Source: Macrostomum hystrix (taxonomy: Eukaryota > Animalia > Platyhelminthes). Taken from it: a stretch of 64,000 nucleotides of DNA. The position numbers and the translations under genes are program-made. The stretch covers positions 7,564,001 through 7,628,000 of the forward strand of contig CATNEN010000029.1 in assembly GCA_950097015.1 (NCBI GenBank), in the 5' to 3' direction. Positions 12,661-25,886 of this stretch are shown piece after piece (positions within the stretch are counted from its first letter, which is position 1; each line of letters starts with the position of its first letter). The notes beneath the pieces are model-generated. The model was not told the origin of the DNA. It saw nothing but the letters and a program-made list of their open reading frames with translations, and did no database searches.

Positions 12661-14189
12661 TCTTCTAAGGTTGTAGCGTAAAATCTCTTAAATCTTATAC
12701 TCGTAATTTCTTTTACACATTTTTTAGAGTTTTAACAGTTTTCTAAATAATTTGACTTTAGAATCAGAATCAGAATGCTTAATAGAAGATTGTTTTAAAA
12801 GTCACGCGTGCCTTAAATTGCAAACTATACGCTCGTATTTAGCGGCACCGACATTTCTAAGAAAGCTCACTGCACGCCCGACTAAGAAGTGAAGTGTGTC
12901 CAGCCAACTGAAAGGCCAAATCTATGTTCTGCTCTTGAAATACTATAACGACCAACTGCCAACTGGGTTTGACCTCCGGGGGCCAACCAGGACTGCTGTT
13001 TGGCCCCAGTAGCCTCTGTACTCAATTAGCCGAATCTAAAACATCTCAAAATCGCGCTGGGCGCTCAAAGTGTGTCGAGTGGCCTGTTTTGGAGCCTCGG
13101 GGCTCAACTTGGGGAAAGAGCGAAAGTTAGTTGGCGCTTCGCTCTATTCCCCAAGCTGAGAAGATGGGGCTCTCTTTCACACTTGAAGGATTCCAGCTGC
13201 CGAGCCTATCATCATTGTCATCAGCGTCATCATCGAGGCCCCACCCCCCCCCGAGGGCTGAGTTCATGCTGGCACAATGGCCCTGCTGATTGCACAGACA
13301 GAGTAAGGCGGAGTTGATGGCGCCGACAACTATCATTAACCAAGCTCATTATCCTCTTCAAGCTGAAAGGCCGCGAATGAGAAGATTGCGTATACAATCG
13401 ATTTGAGAGAAAAAAAACGATTCACACTCGCCAATTTTCTATCCTGCTTCTTGGCCTTCTGAAACTGTGTGGTGGCCCTTTTTATTGTTCTGCTAGCTCT
13501 GCTAATTGAAGAAATGATAAAAGATGGCAGCAATGTCCCGCGGAGCACACTTAGCCTATTGTAATCAAAATCTTAAAGTCTTTTTAGTTTCCCATTGTTT
13601 CAGCCACACCCCACCAGCTCCGATCCTCAGACCAAGCAGTTCCAAGCTAATCTCTCACGTTTTCACAAACTGACAAAACTCAAACAATAATTGCAAAAAA
13701 CTGCATTTTTTATTCCAGCTAAACCGTCAGATTTTGGGGATATTGTGGTAAGAGTTGAGTCTGACAGCCAGAAGCAGACAATAATTTAAGCACGAGCGGT
13801 CTATTCTACTGCGTCCGGTCCTTTTAGAAAATTTGTTTGCTTTTTTCACATTTGCTAACAAAAGCAATCCCTTAGCTGTCAGGGTCAATTAAAATCACCT
13901 TGAGCAGCTAGCATGCTCAAAGATTGGCGGATTGGGCGGGAAATCTGCGCGCTTCACTCAGTTGTGATGCTGCTTTTTTATCTTAAACTGCAGCATTCTC
14001 CTCCCTTTGAGTGTACGAGAAGTTTTTTACCTTTATTGCAACATTGACATTTTTTTAAAAGAACCTAAATATTTTTGATAGTAGAATACTAGTCAAGATC
14101 GATATGACATCAAACGACTTACACGTAGATAGTGTACTTTCAGATCTAGATTGTGCACTTTAGTATCTTGATAGTTTAATTTAGATACT

Positions 14190-15160
14190 AGATAGTTCAG
14201 TTTAGGATCTAGATAGTTCAGTTTAAGATCTAGATAGTTCAGTTTTAAGATCTAGATAGTCCAGTTTAAAATCTAGATAGTTCAGTTTAAAATCTAGATA
14301 GTTCAGTTTAGGATCTAGATAGTTCAGTTTAGGATCTAGATAGTTCAGTTTAGGATCTAGATAGTTCAGTTTAGGATCTAGATAGTTCAGTTTAAGATCT
14401 AGATAGTTCAGTTTAAAATCTAGATAGTTCAGTTTAAAATCTAGATAGTTCAGTTTAGGATCTAGATAGTTCAGTTAAGATCTAGATAGTTCAGTTTTAA
14501 GATCTAGATAGTTCAGTTTAAAATCTAGATAGTTCAGTTTAAAATCTAGATAGTCCAGTTTAAAATCTAGATAGTTCAGTTTAAAATCTAGATGGTTCAG
14601 TTCAGAATCTAGATAGTTCAGTTTAAAATCTAGATGGTTCAGTTCAGAATCTAGATAGTTCAGTTTAAAATCTAGATAGTTCAGTTTAAAATCTAGATAG
14701 TTCAGTTTTATGATCTACATAGTTTAGTTTAGGATCTAGATAGTTCAGTTTAAAATCTAGATAGTTCAGTTTACGATCTACATAGTTTAGTTTAGGATCT
14801 AGATAGTTCAGTTTACGATCTACATAGTTTAGTTTAGGATCTAGATAGTTCAGTTTACGATCTACATAGTTTAGTTTAGGATCTAGATAGTTCAGTTTAC
14901 GATCTACATAGTTTAGTTTAGGATCTAGATAGTTCAGTTTACGATCTACATAGTTTAGTTTAGGATCTAGATAGTTCTGTTTACGATCTACATAGTTTAG
15001 TTTAGGATCTAGATAGTTCAGTTTACGATCTACATAGTTTAGTTTAGGATCTAGATAGTTCAGTTTACGATCTACATAGTTTAGTTTAGGATCTAGATAG
15101 TTCAGTTTACGATCTACATAGTTTAGTTTAGGATCTAGATAGTTCAGTTTACAATCTAGT
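14190..15160. repeat. 21-bp minisatellite (tctagatagttcagtttaaaa) grading into a 42-bp dimer
   Basis: Direct inspection. Confidence 0.95.
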
Positions 15161-17405
15161 TGACGCTATTTAGTTGACTTCAATTCCAAGCTTAAGAGAA
15201 GCTACAACAACTGGGCTTTCGGAACTGCTATCTACGAGTATTATTTCTTCTAAAACGCCATTGTCTGTAACCATGCGATGGGGGCTTCCTTACGGAATGA
15301 ATTCTGAGATAAAAACCTCCCAAGATTATATATATACGAGCTATATAAATTAGATTTCAAGACAACGCCCCCTTTTTGCCGCGACATTAGTTGCCTAGCT
15401 GTAACACATTGAAACAGGCAATTTTCGTGGCGGGAGGGCTTTTGCTACAATCTCATTCAACATACTGTCTGGCAGGGAAGACACCTGATGTCTCTCGTTT
15501 GTCATTTCAATTTATATATTTTATCCTATTATTCTTCTTTCGCTCTCCCAGCAACAAAGCTGAGGAGATAATTGAGTTGCAAAAAGGTGTTTTATAAACG
15601 GACAGCAGGTTTTTATAGGCAGGTCATTTGAGACTAAAATTGGTGGTGAAGCGGTATTTAGTGATTCAAATGGATCTTGTCCCACACAGCTACCTGTCTG
15701 GAAGAAGTTGGCATCAGCCACTTGTCCATCAGTTGTTGTTCCGAGTCTGAAATTTAGGAAGAGATTTTTTTCTAAAATCAAACGAAAAATGACAGACACA
15801 GAAAGGAGGCAATTGTGAGGATTTAGAATTTGTTGCGGGGTCTCCTTTGAATTTGACAAGTGTGTGACAGTTGAGTCTATTTCTCTCCAACGGAAGATCT
15901 TGCAGCCGCAGCAGCAGCGAAAGCGGCAATCTTTATAATAGAGAGCTCTTTGCGGAAATCGAATTGAAAAAAAACGAGGGAGACGAGAGAGTGAAAGAGT
16001 TGAGCCAGCGATAAGGATGCCGACTCAACTGACAGTACTCAAGCCAGTCGGCTAAATTATTGAAAGCCAACCAGGCCGAGTCGGTCAAACCAAGTTTTTT
16101 TTCATCTTTTGGTGCCAGAAAGTCTGGTCCAGCTTCTCAAAAGTTGAATAGAGGCCCGGAGTGCTGCATTCTAAGAAACTGGCTTTTATGTCTAAACTCT
16201 GTTGCAATCCATTACTGCTTGGGAGTGGATGGGAGAATGCTGCTAAGGAATGAAGAAGCATCAATTTGGTGCAGTTTGCCCGCCTGCGAGACAAACGCGA
16301 AACGCTTTCTTTTCAACTGTTTTCCTGTAGCAGCAGCAGCAGCAGCAGCAGCAATAGGAGAGTGTTAAAAAATACACAAGTCTAGGACAATAGCCTAAGT
16401 TGATTGCCGAGAGGAAAAATCCCCGCCCGACATGCACTTGAGTAAGCTGAGCTGAGATGAGATGAGATGAGTTCCACTGGGCTGCTGCACGGACTGAAGT
16501 CTTGTTGGCTATAGTCTTGTCTTTCTCATTGTGTTTCCTGACGCCAAATCCTGATGACTGCTTCAGCACTTTGCTTTTTTTAAATACTGCTGGAATTGAC
16601 CAGTATGACTGCAGCTGCATGCGATGATTGCTTGCCGGTGGAGTCTGGAGCATGAGGAGGCGGTAACAGAGGATTGGGAATAGGGAAAAAGGAATAGGGA
16701 ATAAAAAATAAGGAACGGGAATCAGAATGCATAGAAACAGTAATCAGGTAAAGGTAATGTACTCGTAGAATAGGGTTACAGATAGGAGATATTTCCCATT
16801 GTTAAGAATTTAACAGTTTAAAAGCGCATTTTCGGTCAATGAACATTTTTTGGTTGCAGTTAACTAGAATGACATTTATCAATTAATAGTATAGTTGTAC
16901 AGGCACTCATCTATAGCTAAAACTTCAAAGCAGTCTTTAGACTAAATGTGAATGGCAGACATAATTAATGAAGCTATGAGGAAATTGACGATAGGAACTG
17001 ACAGGATCCTGGAATACTATTGATGTCTGTGATTGAGGCTCTCTGCGGTTTTACTGACAGTGGGTTATGTCAATTTACACCCCATAACCAACCATCAGAG
17101 AGTGAAAGTTGTAACACTCGAGCTGTTGTAAATTTTATATGAACCCGCACGGTGGACAATGGGGATAAAACCGCATTTCATAGAAACAGAAATTATAGTC
17201 AACTAAATCGGTCGAAAATTTCCTTTTTAATTTTTTAGATATGCGCGCCAGACCAACTCTAAATGGAAAGAATTATTTTTTAATTATTATGAACCAAATT
17301 CATAACTCATTGTGAGCCTCATGGCCAGAGCTAGAGAAAATGATGATTGTTTGAGTTGAAACGTGTCAACCCGCCAAGCTAGCCTGCACCACCCCATCAG
17401 CCCAG

Positions 17406-17433
17406 CCAATCCGGGCTCAACCTGCCAGCCAAT
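17406..17433 (+). promoter_or_regulatory. Tandem CCAAT boxes, putative Six3/6 promoter
   Basis: Two agccaat motifs (CCAAT at 17406 and 17429) about 280 bp upstream of the ATG; position and motif only. Confidence 0.3.
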
Positions 17434-17704
17434 GAGCGGCCGAGGATGACAGCTGGAGGACGGGGCTCAGCGGGGCGCCTGGCTCGGCTTGGGGCTGAGC
17501 GAAAGCAGCTTAATAGGGGAGGCGGACGCTGGCTGAGAGCTTTCGAACTCGCTAGAAATTTCTCTTCTAGAAAAATCTGAAATTCGCCGATTTTTTCTAA
17601 TCTATTTTGAGATTCACAAAGCAACAGTCCTGGATCAAGACAGCAATCAGCAGCAGCAGCAGCAGCAGCAGCAAGTAGCTGCCGCGGTCGCGCTGCTTCA
17701 GGAG

Positions 17705-20700
17705 ATGGTGCGCGATAGGAAACTCGCTGCTGTGGCCGCAGCCGCAGCCGCCGCAGCTGCTTCGAGCGGCAACTCGCTGAGCCTTCTTCACCAAGCAGCA
17801 CCGCAGCAGCAGCCGCCGATGCTGTTACCGCTGCCGCCGCCACCGCCGCTGCCATCGCTGCAGTTCGGCCCGGAGCAGGTTGGCCGGGTCTGCGAGACGC
17901 TGGAGGAGTCCGGAGACATTGAGCGCCTCGGCAGATTCCTCTGGTCGCTGCCGGCAAATCCGCTGCTCTGGGAGGCGCTGAATCGCCAGGAGTCGGTGCT
18001 TCGCGCGCGCGCCATCGTCGCCTTCCACACGGGCAACTACCGGGAGATGTACCAGCTCATGGAACTGCACCACTACGGCAGGGACTCGCACGCCAAGCTG
18101 CAGGCCATGTGGCTCGAGGCGCACTATCTGGAGGCTGAGAAGCTGCGGGGACGCTCCCTAGGGCCGGTGGACAAGTACCGGGTGCGCAAGAAGTACCCCA
18201 TGCCCAGGACCATCTGGGATGGCGAGCAGAAGACTCACTGCTTCAAGGAGCGAACTAGGGGCCTGCTGCGCGAATGGTACCTGCAGGACCCGTACCCCAA
18301 CCCGGCTAAGAAGAGGGAGCTGGCCTCTGCAACAGGGCTGACTCCCACCCAGGTTGGCAACTGGTTCAAGAACCGGCGACAGAGGGACCGAGCCGCTGCC
18401 GCTAAAAGCAGGTGAGTTTTTAATCTGGAAGCTCTACAAGTTTCCATCTTAAATTGAGTGTTTCGGAAATCTCATAGCTTAGAAAACCTCAATCTTTAGG
18501 AAGTCTCAAAGAATTAGGAAACACTGCAGAAGCAGAAAATGACTTTTTTCATTGCCCTCTGTGACTCCAACCTCTTGTCTCCTATAGCATAGCCAAATGG
18601 CATGTAAATTGCACCAAAGAGTTACTGCAAATTGGTCTTCTCATTCTCATCTGAAGCGTGACCCTATAGTCAAACCGGCCATTCACACAAAACCGACCCA
18701 GATAATACAGCCGATGTCAGAACACATACTCAGCTGCCAACTTCAACACTGCGCATGCTAACAAAACAACAATTGCTATGCTCACGCGGAGAAGTTGGCG
18801 GCGCCAATGAGTCTGGCACCGCCTCGGCTCAATTCTTACTTATAGGGTTGGGCAGAGTTGAGCACAGATCTCAAGTGGATCCCGCCTCCTGCCGGTCCAA
18901 GTGCCGCATATTTTGGGGCTTCACTAAAAAAATGAAAATTGCGGCTTGCTTACCTCACGCAGGGCATGACGGACTGGTACAGCATCCACACTATTCACTT
19001 ATTACACAAGTCTATTGTATTGCTGCTTACAAGTGAGCCAGAGATAATAGATTGAATAGTCCTATATTATTTGTATAAATTGTCGCGCTAATGACCCTAA
19101 TTGACTGGAGAGTTTGGGGGCCATGCATCTGTCAGTCAGCAATGTACACACGCTACATTGAGTATTGGGGTTGCTTGGACACGAAGTGTGATTTGGTGTG
19201 CTCAACATTCATGCTGAGCAGCTAGCTAAGTATTGTTTTTAGCTTATTTGATTAAGGTAATTTTGTGTGACACCTTTTGTGAAGTGACAAATTACAATCC
19301 TATTAGATTTCAATCAGTTTAAAAAACCTTCATGGCGACTGCGGTCTGGCGTGGGCCAAATTAGAGGATTGTAAAATTAGTTTTCTTGATGAGTTGAACA
19401 TTTACAAAACAGTTTCCTATTTCACAAACCCAAAGACTCAGTTGAAGCTGATGGAAGCTTTGAAGCTTAGTGTATAGACAATATTAAGGCAGAAGGGGTA
19501 GATGCAGGAGGGAGCGGATGAACATGGTAGAGAGCAGATCAAGATGGTGGAGAGCGGATGAAGATGGTGGAAAAAACAGTGGGCGCAGATTAAGAAAATT
19601 TAAGGCGGATGAGGACTGAGTAGGGGGCGGATGAGGACAGAGTAGGGGGCGGATGAGGACAGAGTAGGGAGCGGATGAGGACAGAGTAGGGAGCGGATGA
19701 GGACAGAGTAGGTGGCGGATGAGGACAGAGTAGGGGGCGGATGAGGACAGAGTAGGGGCGGATGAAGACAGAGTAGGGGGCGGATGAGGACAGAGTAGGT
19801 GGCGGATGAGGACAGAGTAGGGGGCGGATGAGGACAGAGTAGGGAGCGGATGAGGACAGAGTAGGTGGCGGATGAGGACAGAGTAGGGGGCGGATGAGGA
19901 CAGAGTAGGGGGCGGATGAGGACAGAGTAGGGGGCGGATGAGGACAGAGTAGGGGGCGGATGAGGACAGAGTAGGGGGCGGATGAGGACAGAGTAGGGGC
20001 GGATGTGGACAGTCTGCTGAATACTGAGGGGGCGGGTCGCAGCGTAGGGGGCGGATGGCAATATAAGGGCGGATTACGATACTTATTTCTAGTTTAGCCA
20101 TTTCTTTACGCGGTTGCAGTTTTATCCGCAATTCTGAGCACTTGGAAAATCCGCAGCGCAGACCCGGCTAGTCAAAGGGAATGGGAGGGAGAGACGGGTG
20201 GGTGGAGACGGGGGCGGGGCTGACAGTTGTCAGTCAAAGAGTGTCTGCTGACAACAGGATCCATGTCAAAGCGGGCGGGGTGCACAAAAAACTGATACGG
20301 CATCCACGCGGCATTGATGCGACGGCAGGATCAGGATGACTGGCTGGGTCACTTCCCATTCTCCCCTTCAAAGAGCTGCTCGGACTGAAAAGAAAATCCC
20401 GCCTTATGTGTGCGCTTTTTTTTGGTTAAACACGCCCTGCTAAAAAAACTTTGAGAATAGAGATGAGCGGTGAGTACGGGTCTTGAGGTGATGCCCTAAG
20501 ATATTTGCGTGTCTCGCAGACCCTTTCTTCCTGTCTCTTCTTCTAGCTGGCATTGTTCAGTTTTTTTTCTCCCCAATTTTTTTGTCCTCCATCGCAGCTG
20601 CAAGGGGCATCAGATTTCAATGCGCAACGGGTTCTGAGGATGCCTTTTTTGAGCAGGATTTTTACCGCCCGTCTGCGCCCCGCTGTTTTGGGGGGTCCCG

Positions 20701-21366
20701 CAACATTTTGAGCCAAATTTTGCTTAGTCAGTCTTGTTGAGTTACTTTGATGGGGAGACGGGAGGTCGGTAGTTCGAATCTCACCCGGCTGACTACCTCC
20801 ATAGCTTGGATAGAAATTTAGTTGGTTGCAGAGGTTCCCCAGTCCATGGACTGGCTGGAACAGTTTTTTAGTCTAAAAGGCGCAGAGTATTTTTGATCGC
20901 ATCGTCTCCAACATCGCGCAGGGTGCACAACTCATCCGACTCAAACTGCGACAATCCGTCTAAATCTGACGACGAATTATTCGACGTTGACGACGATGTT
21001 GACGACGACGCTGATGTCGGAGAATTCGGCGAATCCGCTGGTCGCGACGGCGCCGATAGCTGGCTGGACGTGGAGTCTGACGGTGACGAGGCGACGGGCG
21101 TCAAATACTCGAATTTCTGCGGAGCCGGACAGGCTGCGGCGGCGGCTGTGGCTGCGGCGGCTGCAGTGAGCGGCCGACAAAGATTCGACTTTGGCATCGA
21201 GAAAGTTCTTCAGGCAGCGCCGCCGCACCCGCTGCCGCCGTCGCAGCAGCCAATAGACTGCTCGCTGAAAAGGCGTCATTGTCTGTACTCCGGGTCGGAC
21301 AGCGAAGTCGCAGCGAGCGGAAAGCGGCGCCGTTCGGAAGGTGGTTCCACCGCGACCAGCTCGTAA
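17705..21366 (+). CDS. six3/6: SIX3/6 (Optix) homeobox transcription factor; exons 17705-18411 and 20922-21366 (about 383 aa)
   Basis: Six domain plus homeodomain with the Six3/6-diagnostic [15 protein letters not shown] and [15 protein letters not shown]. Donor AG|gtgagt at 18412. Phase-matching acceptor cgcag|G at 20922 continues into the acidic C-terminal ORF. Confidence 0.95.
19598..20005. repeat. 21-bp minisatellite (ggcggatgaggacagagtagg) in the Six3/6 intron
   Basis: Direct inspection. Confidence 0.95.
20755..20855 (+). mobile_element. Degenerate SINE fragment
   Basis: B-box GTTCGAATC followed by the ccagtccatggactgg palindrome. Confidence 0.5.
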
Positions 21367-22427
21367 ATAATCGAGTAGCTTTCAGTTGTCTAGAGCTAAG
21401 CTGATCTCTGCTAGTCAGATTGAAATATTCAATATTCAATCCCTGACTATTGGTGTCCAACTGTATCTTTTGATTCCAACTGGAGAATATTGTGCTTGCA
21501 TAATTTTGTTTTAACTGTGTTTGTGTAGTTTTCTTTGGCTTGTAAATCACCGCCCGCCCCCCTGACGAGTATATCGACCCCCGAAAATAGTGCGCAGTTG
21601 CTTTTTGCACTCCCCAATAATTTTCTGTCGCCATTTGTTTCTAGTGTTTTTTCTTCATCTCGCCTGTCATTTGTGAGTATTGTCAATGCGAATTCTGTAT
21701 TGTGAAGTTATTCCCTACACAGCACGAGCAAAATGCGCGAGCAAAATGGCACTTGGAGATGCAGAAAGCCATTTAGATCTACAAAATGGCATCTGGGTTG
21801 TCGAAAGGGACACTATTGTACAAAAGTGAGGACATAATGTAACCGTGGTGTCGACGCAATCACTTAAAAATCCCAAATGGCACATATTGCTTTGAAACCG
21901 CTATTCGTCGGAAATTTGCGCCCTCGACGAATCACAAAAACGCGTCAGAAATTCCCAGAAAGTTTTTTAGTGGACTTTTGAATTTTGAAAAACTTTTTTC
22001 CAGCTCTTCTAACTGTTTGCCGATATTATCTTCAAATTGAAAGTTTTTGCTTGCATGAACGAACTGCTCTGACGCGAAGCGAATGCAATAAATCAATTTG
22101 TTCTTAATGCTGTTTTGTATTCTTAAAATACATATACAAAAGCTTGCAAAGAACGAATGCCTTTTTTGTAACTTATGCTGTAAACAGAAAATTATTCGAG
22201 TCTAAGGGTGATACTTGTTGTGCAGCAAGAAAGCATTGTACTCAATAAGCAGCGAGATTATTTATTTCATTTTTACGGTAAATTGTGCTTTGCTGAATAT
22301 ACAAGCTAGCAGCTGATCAGCATGTTTTACACGATCTAGTTTAAATCATTGTTTTGAGCGTAAAACCCTGTGTGCAACGTTTGGTGCGCTGAAAATTCTA
22401 AAATTATTCTATTTTCACATGAGAAAT

Positions 22428-24032
22428 GACAGCATTAGCTTTGATAACACTAGCTTTGACAGCATTAGCTTTGATAACACTAGCTTTGATAACACTAGCT
22501 TTGATAACACTAGCTTTGACAGCATTAGCTTTGATAACACTAGCTTTGATAACACTAGCTTTGATAACACTAGCTTTGACAGAATTAGCTTTGATAACAC
22601 TAGCTTTGACAGCATTAGCTTTGATAACACTAGCTTTGATAACACTAGCTTTGACAGCATTACCTTTGATAACACTAGCTTTGACAGAATTAGCTTTGAT
22701 AACACTAGCTTTGACAGAATTAGCTTTAATAACACTATCTTTGACAGCATTAGCTTTGATAACACTAGCTTTGACAGCATTAGCTTTGATAACACTAGCT
22801 TTGATAACACTAGCTTTGACAGCATTACCTTTGATAACACTAGCTTTGACAGAATTAGCTTTAATAACACTATCTTTGACAGCATTAGCTTTAATAACAC
22901 TATCTTTGACAGCATTAGCTTTGATAACACTAGCTTTGATAACACTAGCTTTGACAGCATTAGCTTTGATAACACTAGCTTTGACAGCATTACCTTTGAT
23001 AACACTAGCTTTGATAACACTAGCTTTGACAGCATTAGCTTTGATAACACTAGCTTTGACAGCATTAGCTTTGATAACACTAGCTTTGACAGCATTACCT
23101 TTGATAACACTAGCTTTGATAACACTAGCTTTGACAGCATTAGCTTTGATAACACTAGCTTTGATAACACTAGCTTTGATAACAATAGTTTTGATAACAC
23201 TAGCTTTGATAACACTAGCTTTGATAACACTAGCTTTGACAGCATTAGCTTTGATAACACTAGCTTTGATAACACTAGCTTTGATAACACTAGCTTTGAC
23301 AGCATTAGCTTTGATAACACTAGCTTTGACAGCATTAGCTTTGATAACACTAGCTTTGATAACACTAGCTTTGACAGCATTACCTTTGATAACACTAGCT
23401 TTGACAGAATTAGCTTTAATAACACTATCTTTGACAGCATTAGCTTTAATAACACTATCTTTGACAGCATTAGCTTTGATAACACTAGCTTTGATAACAC
23501 TAGCTTTGACAGCATTAGCTTTGATAACACTAGCTTTGACAGCATTACCTTTGATAACACTAGCTTTGATAACACTAGCTTTGACAGCATTAGCTTTGAT
23601 AACACTAGCTTTGACAGCATTAGCTTTGATAACACTAGCTTTGACAGCATTACCTTTGATAACACTAGCTTTGATAACACTAGCTTTGACAGCATTAGCT
23701 TTGATAACACTAGCTTTGATAACACTAGCTTTGATAACAATAGTTTTGATAACACTAGCTTTGATAACACTAGCTTTGATAACACTAGCTTTGACAGCAT
23801 TAGCTTTGATAACACTAGCTTTGATAACACTAGCTTTGATAACACTAGCTTTGACAGCATTAGCTTTGATAACACTAGCTTTGATAACACTAGCTTTGAC
23901 AGCATTAGCTTTGATAACACTAGCTTTGATAACACTAGCTTTGATAACACTAGCTTTGATAACACTAGCTTTGATAACACTAGCTTTGGTAATACTAGCT
24001 TTGGTAATACTAGCTTTGACAACACTAGCTTT
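22428..24032. repeat. 15-bp minisatellite (ttgataacactagct / ttgacagcattagct), about 107 units
   Basis: Direct inspection; contains a 555-bp internal duplication. Confidence 0.97.
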
Positions 24033-25886
24033 GATAAAAAAATTGATAAACCACAGCACGACCTGGTTAAATGAAATAATTTGAACAATTGGGTAAGAAT
24101 GTTTGCATCCAAGCTGCACTTGAAGAAAGATTTTGTGATAACAGTCACATGTCATCCTCAATGTCATTGAAAACATTATGAATGTAATCTGTACAGTTTA
24201 TCGCTAAAATACTTTTTTCTTGTCTGTACCAAGAGAGGCCCGCATTTTTGCGAATCTGGTCCCGTATAGTTAATGAAGGCAAGCATTTTATAATGTCAGA
24301 CCATTTTACAGGCCGTTATAACACTCAGTGAACTAGATCTATTGTTTCAAATTTGATAAACAGTTCTGCTGGCTAGCATTTATGATTCAAAAAAACACAT
24401 TTTGAAGCGCACTGAACTGCTTAAATTTTGAGAATGAGTGCCTGTAAGGGGCTGAGTTTATGCCATGTCTTTAGTTTCCATCAAAGCGGGTTAAAAAACG
24501 CAATTACGTGTATAAAGGGAAGTCTCGAAATCCAGGTATCTCAAATCACATGAGACTAAAAGTCCCAAGATTATTATGACATTCGTCTGCATCACTTGAA
24601 TTTGCAGATTTCTGAAAAAAAGAAAATTGCCAGAAAGGTAGAATTTTGAGTATGTCAATTATATTGGCTCTAATATAATCGTTTCTGAACAATTCCCTTT
24701 GAAAATTTTCACAGAGATTGGCGGCATTCGCATTGTAGGCGTCAAATCTAAGCAGTCCGATTGATTCTAGCTGACACCTGCCGCCGCTGCTGTTTGAAAC
24801 CAGAGAGAAAGTAGCAGGTTTAGCAATTTTCATTCAGTTAAACGGAAGATAGGAGGCGTTGAATTGAGAATTATGGTCAATTACAGTCAGTAATAACACC
24901 TGCATTTTTAATCACCCTCGACTGATGCTGTCCGTCTCAGCGGAGGGATTTCCTTTGAATTTTCGTTTTCGCTAACAACAGGGAGCAAACATTGCAATAT
25001 CTTCAAGTGTACTTGCGCATTGAAAAAATACAATAATGCATAGGCATATCTTGAGATTTTCTGCTATTTGATTGAGAATCAATGGAGCTAAGCGGTTTGT
25101 ATACTTATGTTAGATTAATTCTTTGATTTCTATTATTAATAAGTAACGACTTTTGCCGTAAAATTGGCGAAATATTAGAACAAATGATCAGCTATATTAA
25201 TGAAATAAAAAAAAGCCGTATGTAATTTATGATATAAGTAACTAGATAATGTAGACCTAAATCAGTTAAACGATTGAATAAACTCTGCCAGCAATAATCT
25301 GTTTCAAAAATAAAATTTTGAGTTTATTTCCGACGAGTAATTTTTTTAATTTCCTGGAAGACAAGCAGTAAAACAAAACTATGTCAGATAATTAGATTGT
25401 GATTGCAATAAAAAACACTTCCTTGCTAATCTTAGTTTAGCCAATTGAAAAAGAAATAAATATTTAACTTGACTTTTCAATAATTTCAATAATTTAATTA
25501 GTAAGATCTTCGCGCGTGTGTACTTGCCAAATATATCTACAGAGTTAAGATTGAGTTGGTCTCACTTCTATGACGACATAAGTAGCCCAGTCGAGCAGTA
25601 TAGAGTTTGCCATTGAAAAGTAACTCATTCAATTTAAAAAGCTGGCTTTTCGTCAGAAAATCTTGGACTCAGGCACTTCAGTCACAGCAGCTGATAACAC
25701 GCACCTCGGTGTAACTTGGACTGTACAGCCCCGGGTAGGACGTCATTTTTGAAAGATAAAAACTCGCAGAAAATGAAATGGACCAATTTAGTTCGCAGTG
25801 CACGGCTTTGAAGTTGACAGTAGAAATTAGAATCCATTCTACACTAAATAATCCAGCAGATTAGTAGATTAGGATTAGCTAAGACA

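Noticed and set aside
7487-15160. CRISPR-like appearance of regular 17-30 bp repeats
   Set aside because: Units are head-to-tail with no unique spacers, there are no cas genes, and the context is eukaryotic.
17397-18447. Antisense and alternate-frame ORFs over Six3/6 (likewise over the GPCR, MATE, HS3ST, PAM2 gene, CAAP1 and ZMYND15)
   Set aside because: Expected shadows of GC-rich coding sequence; no recognisable domains.
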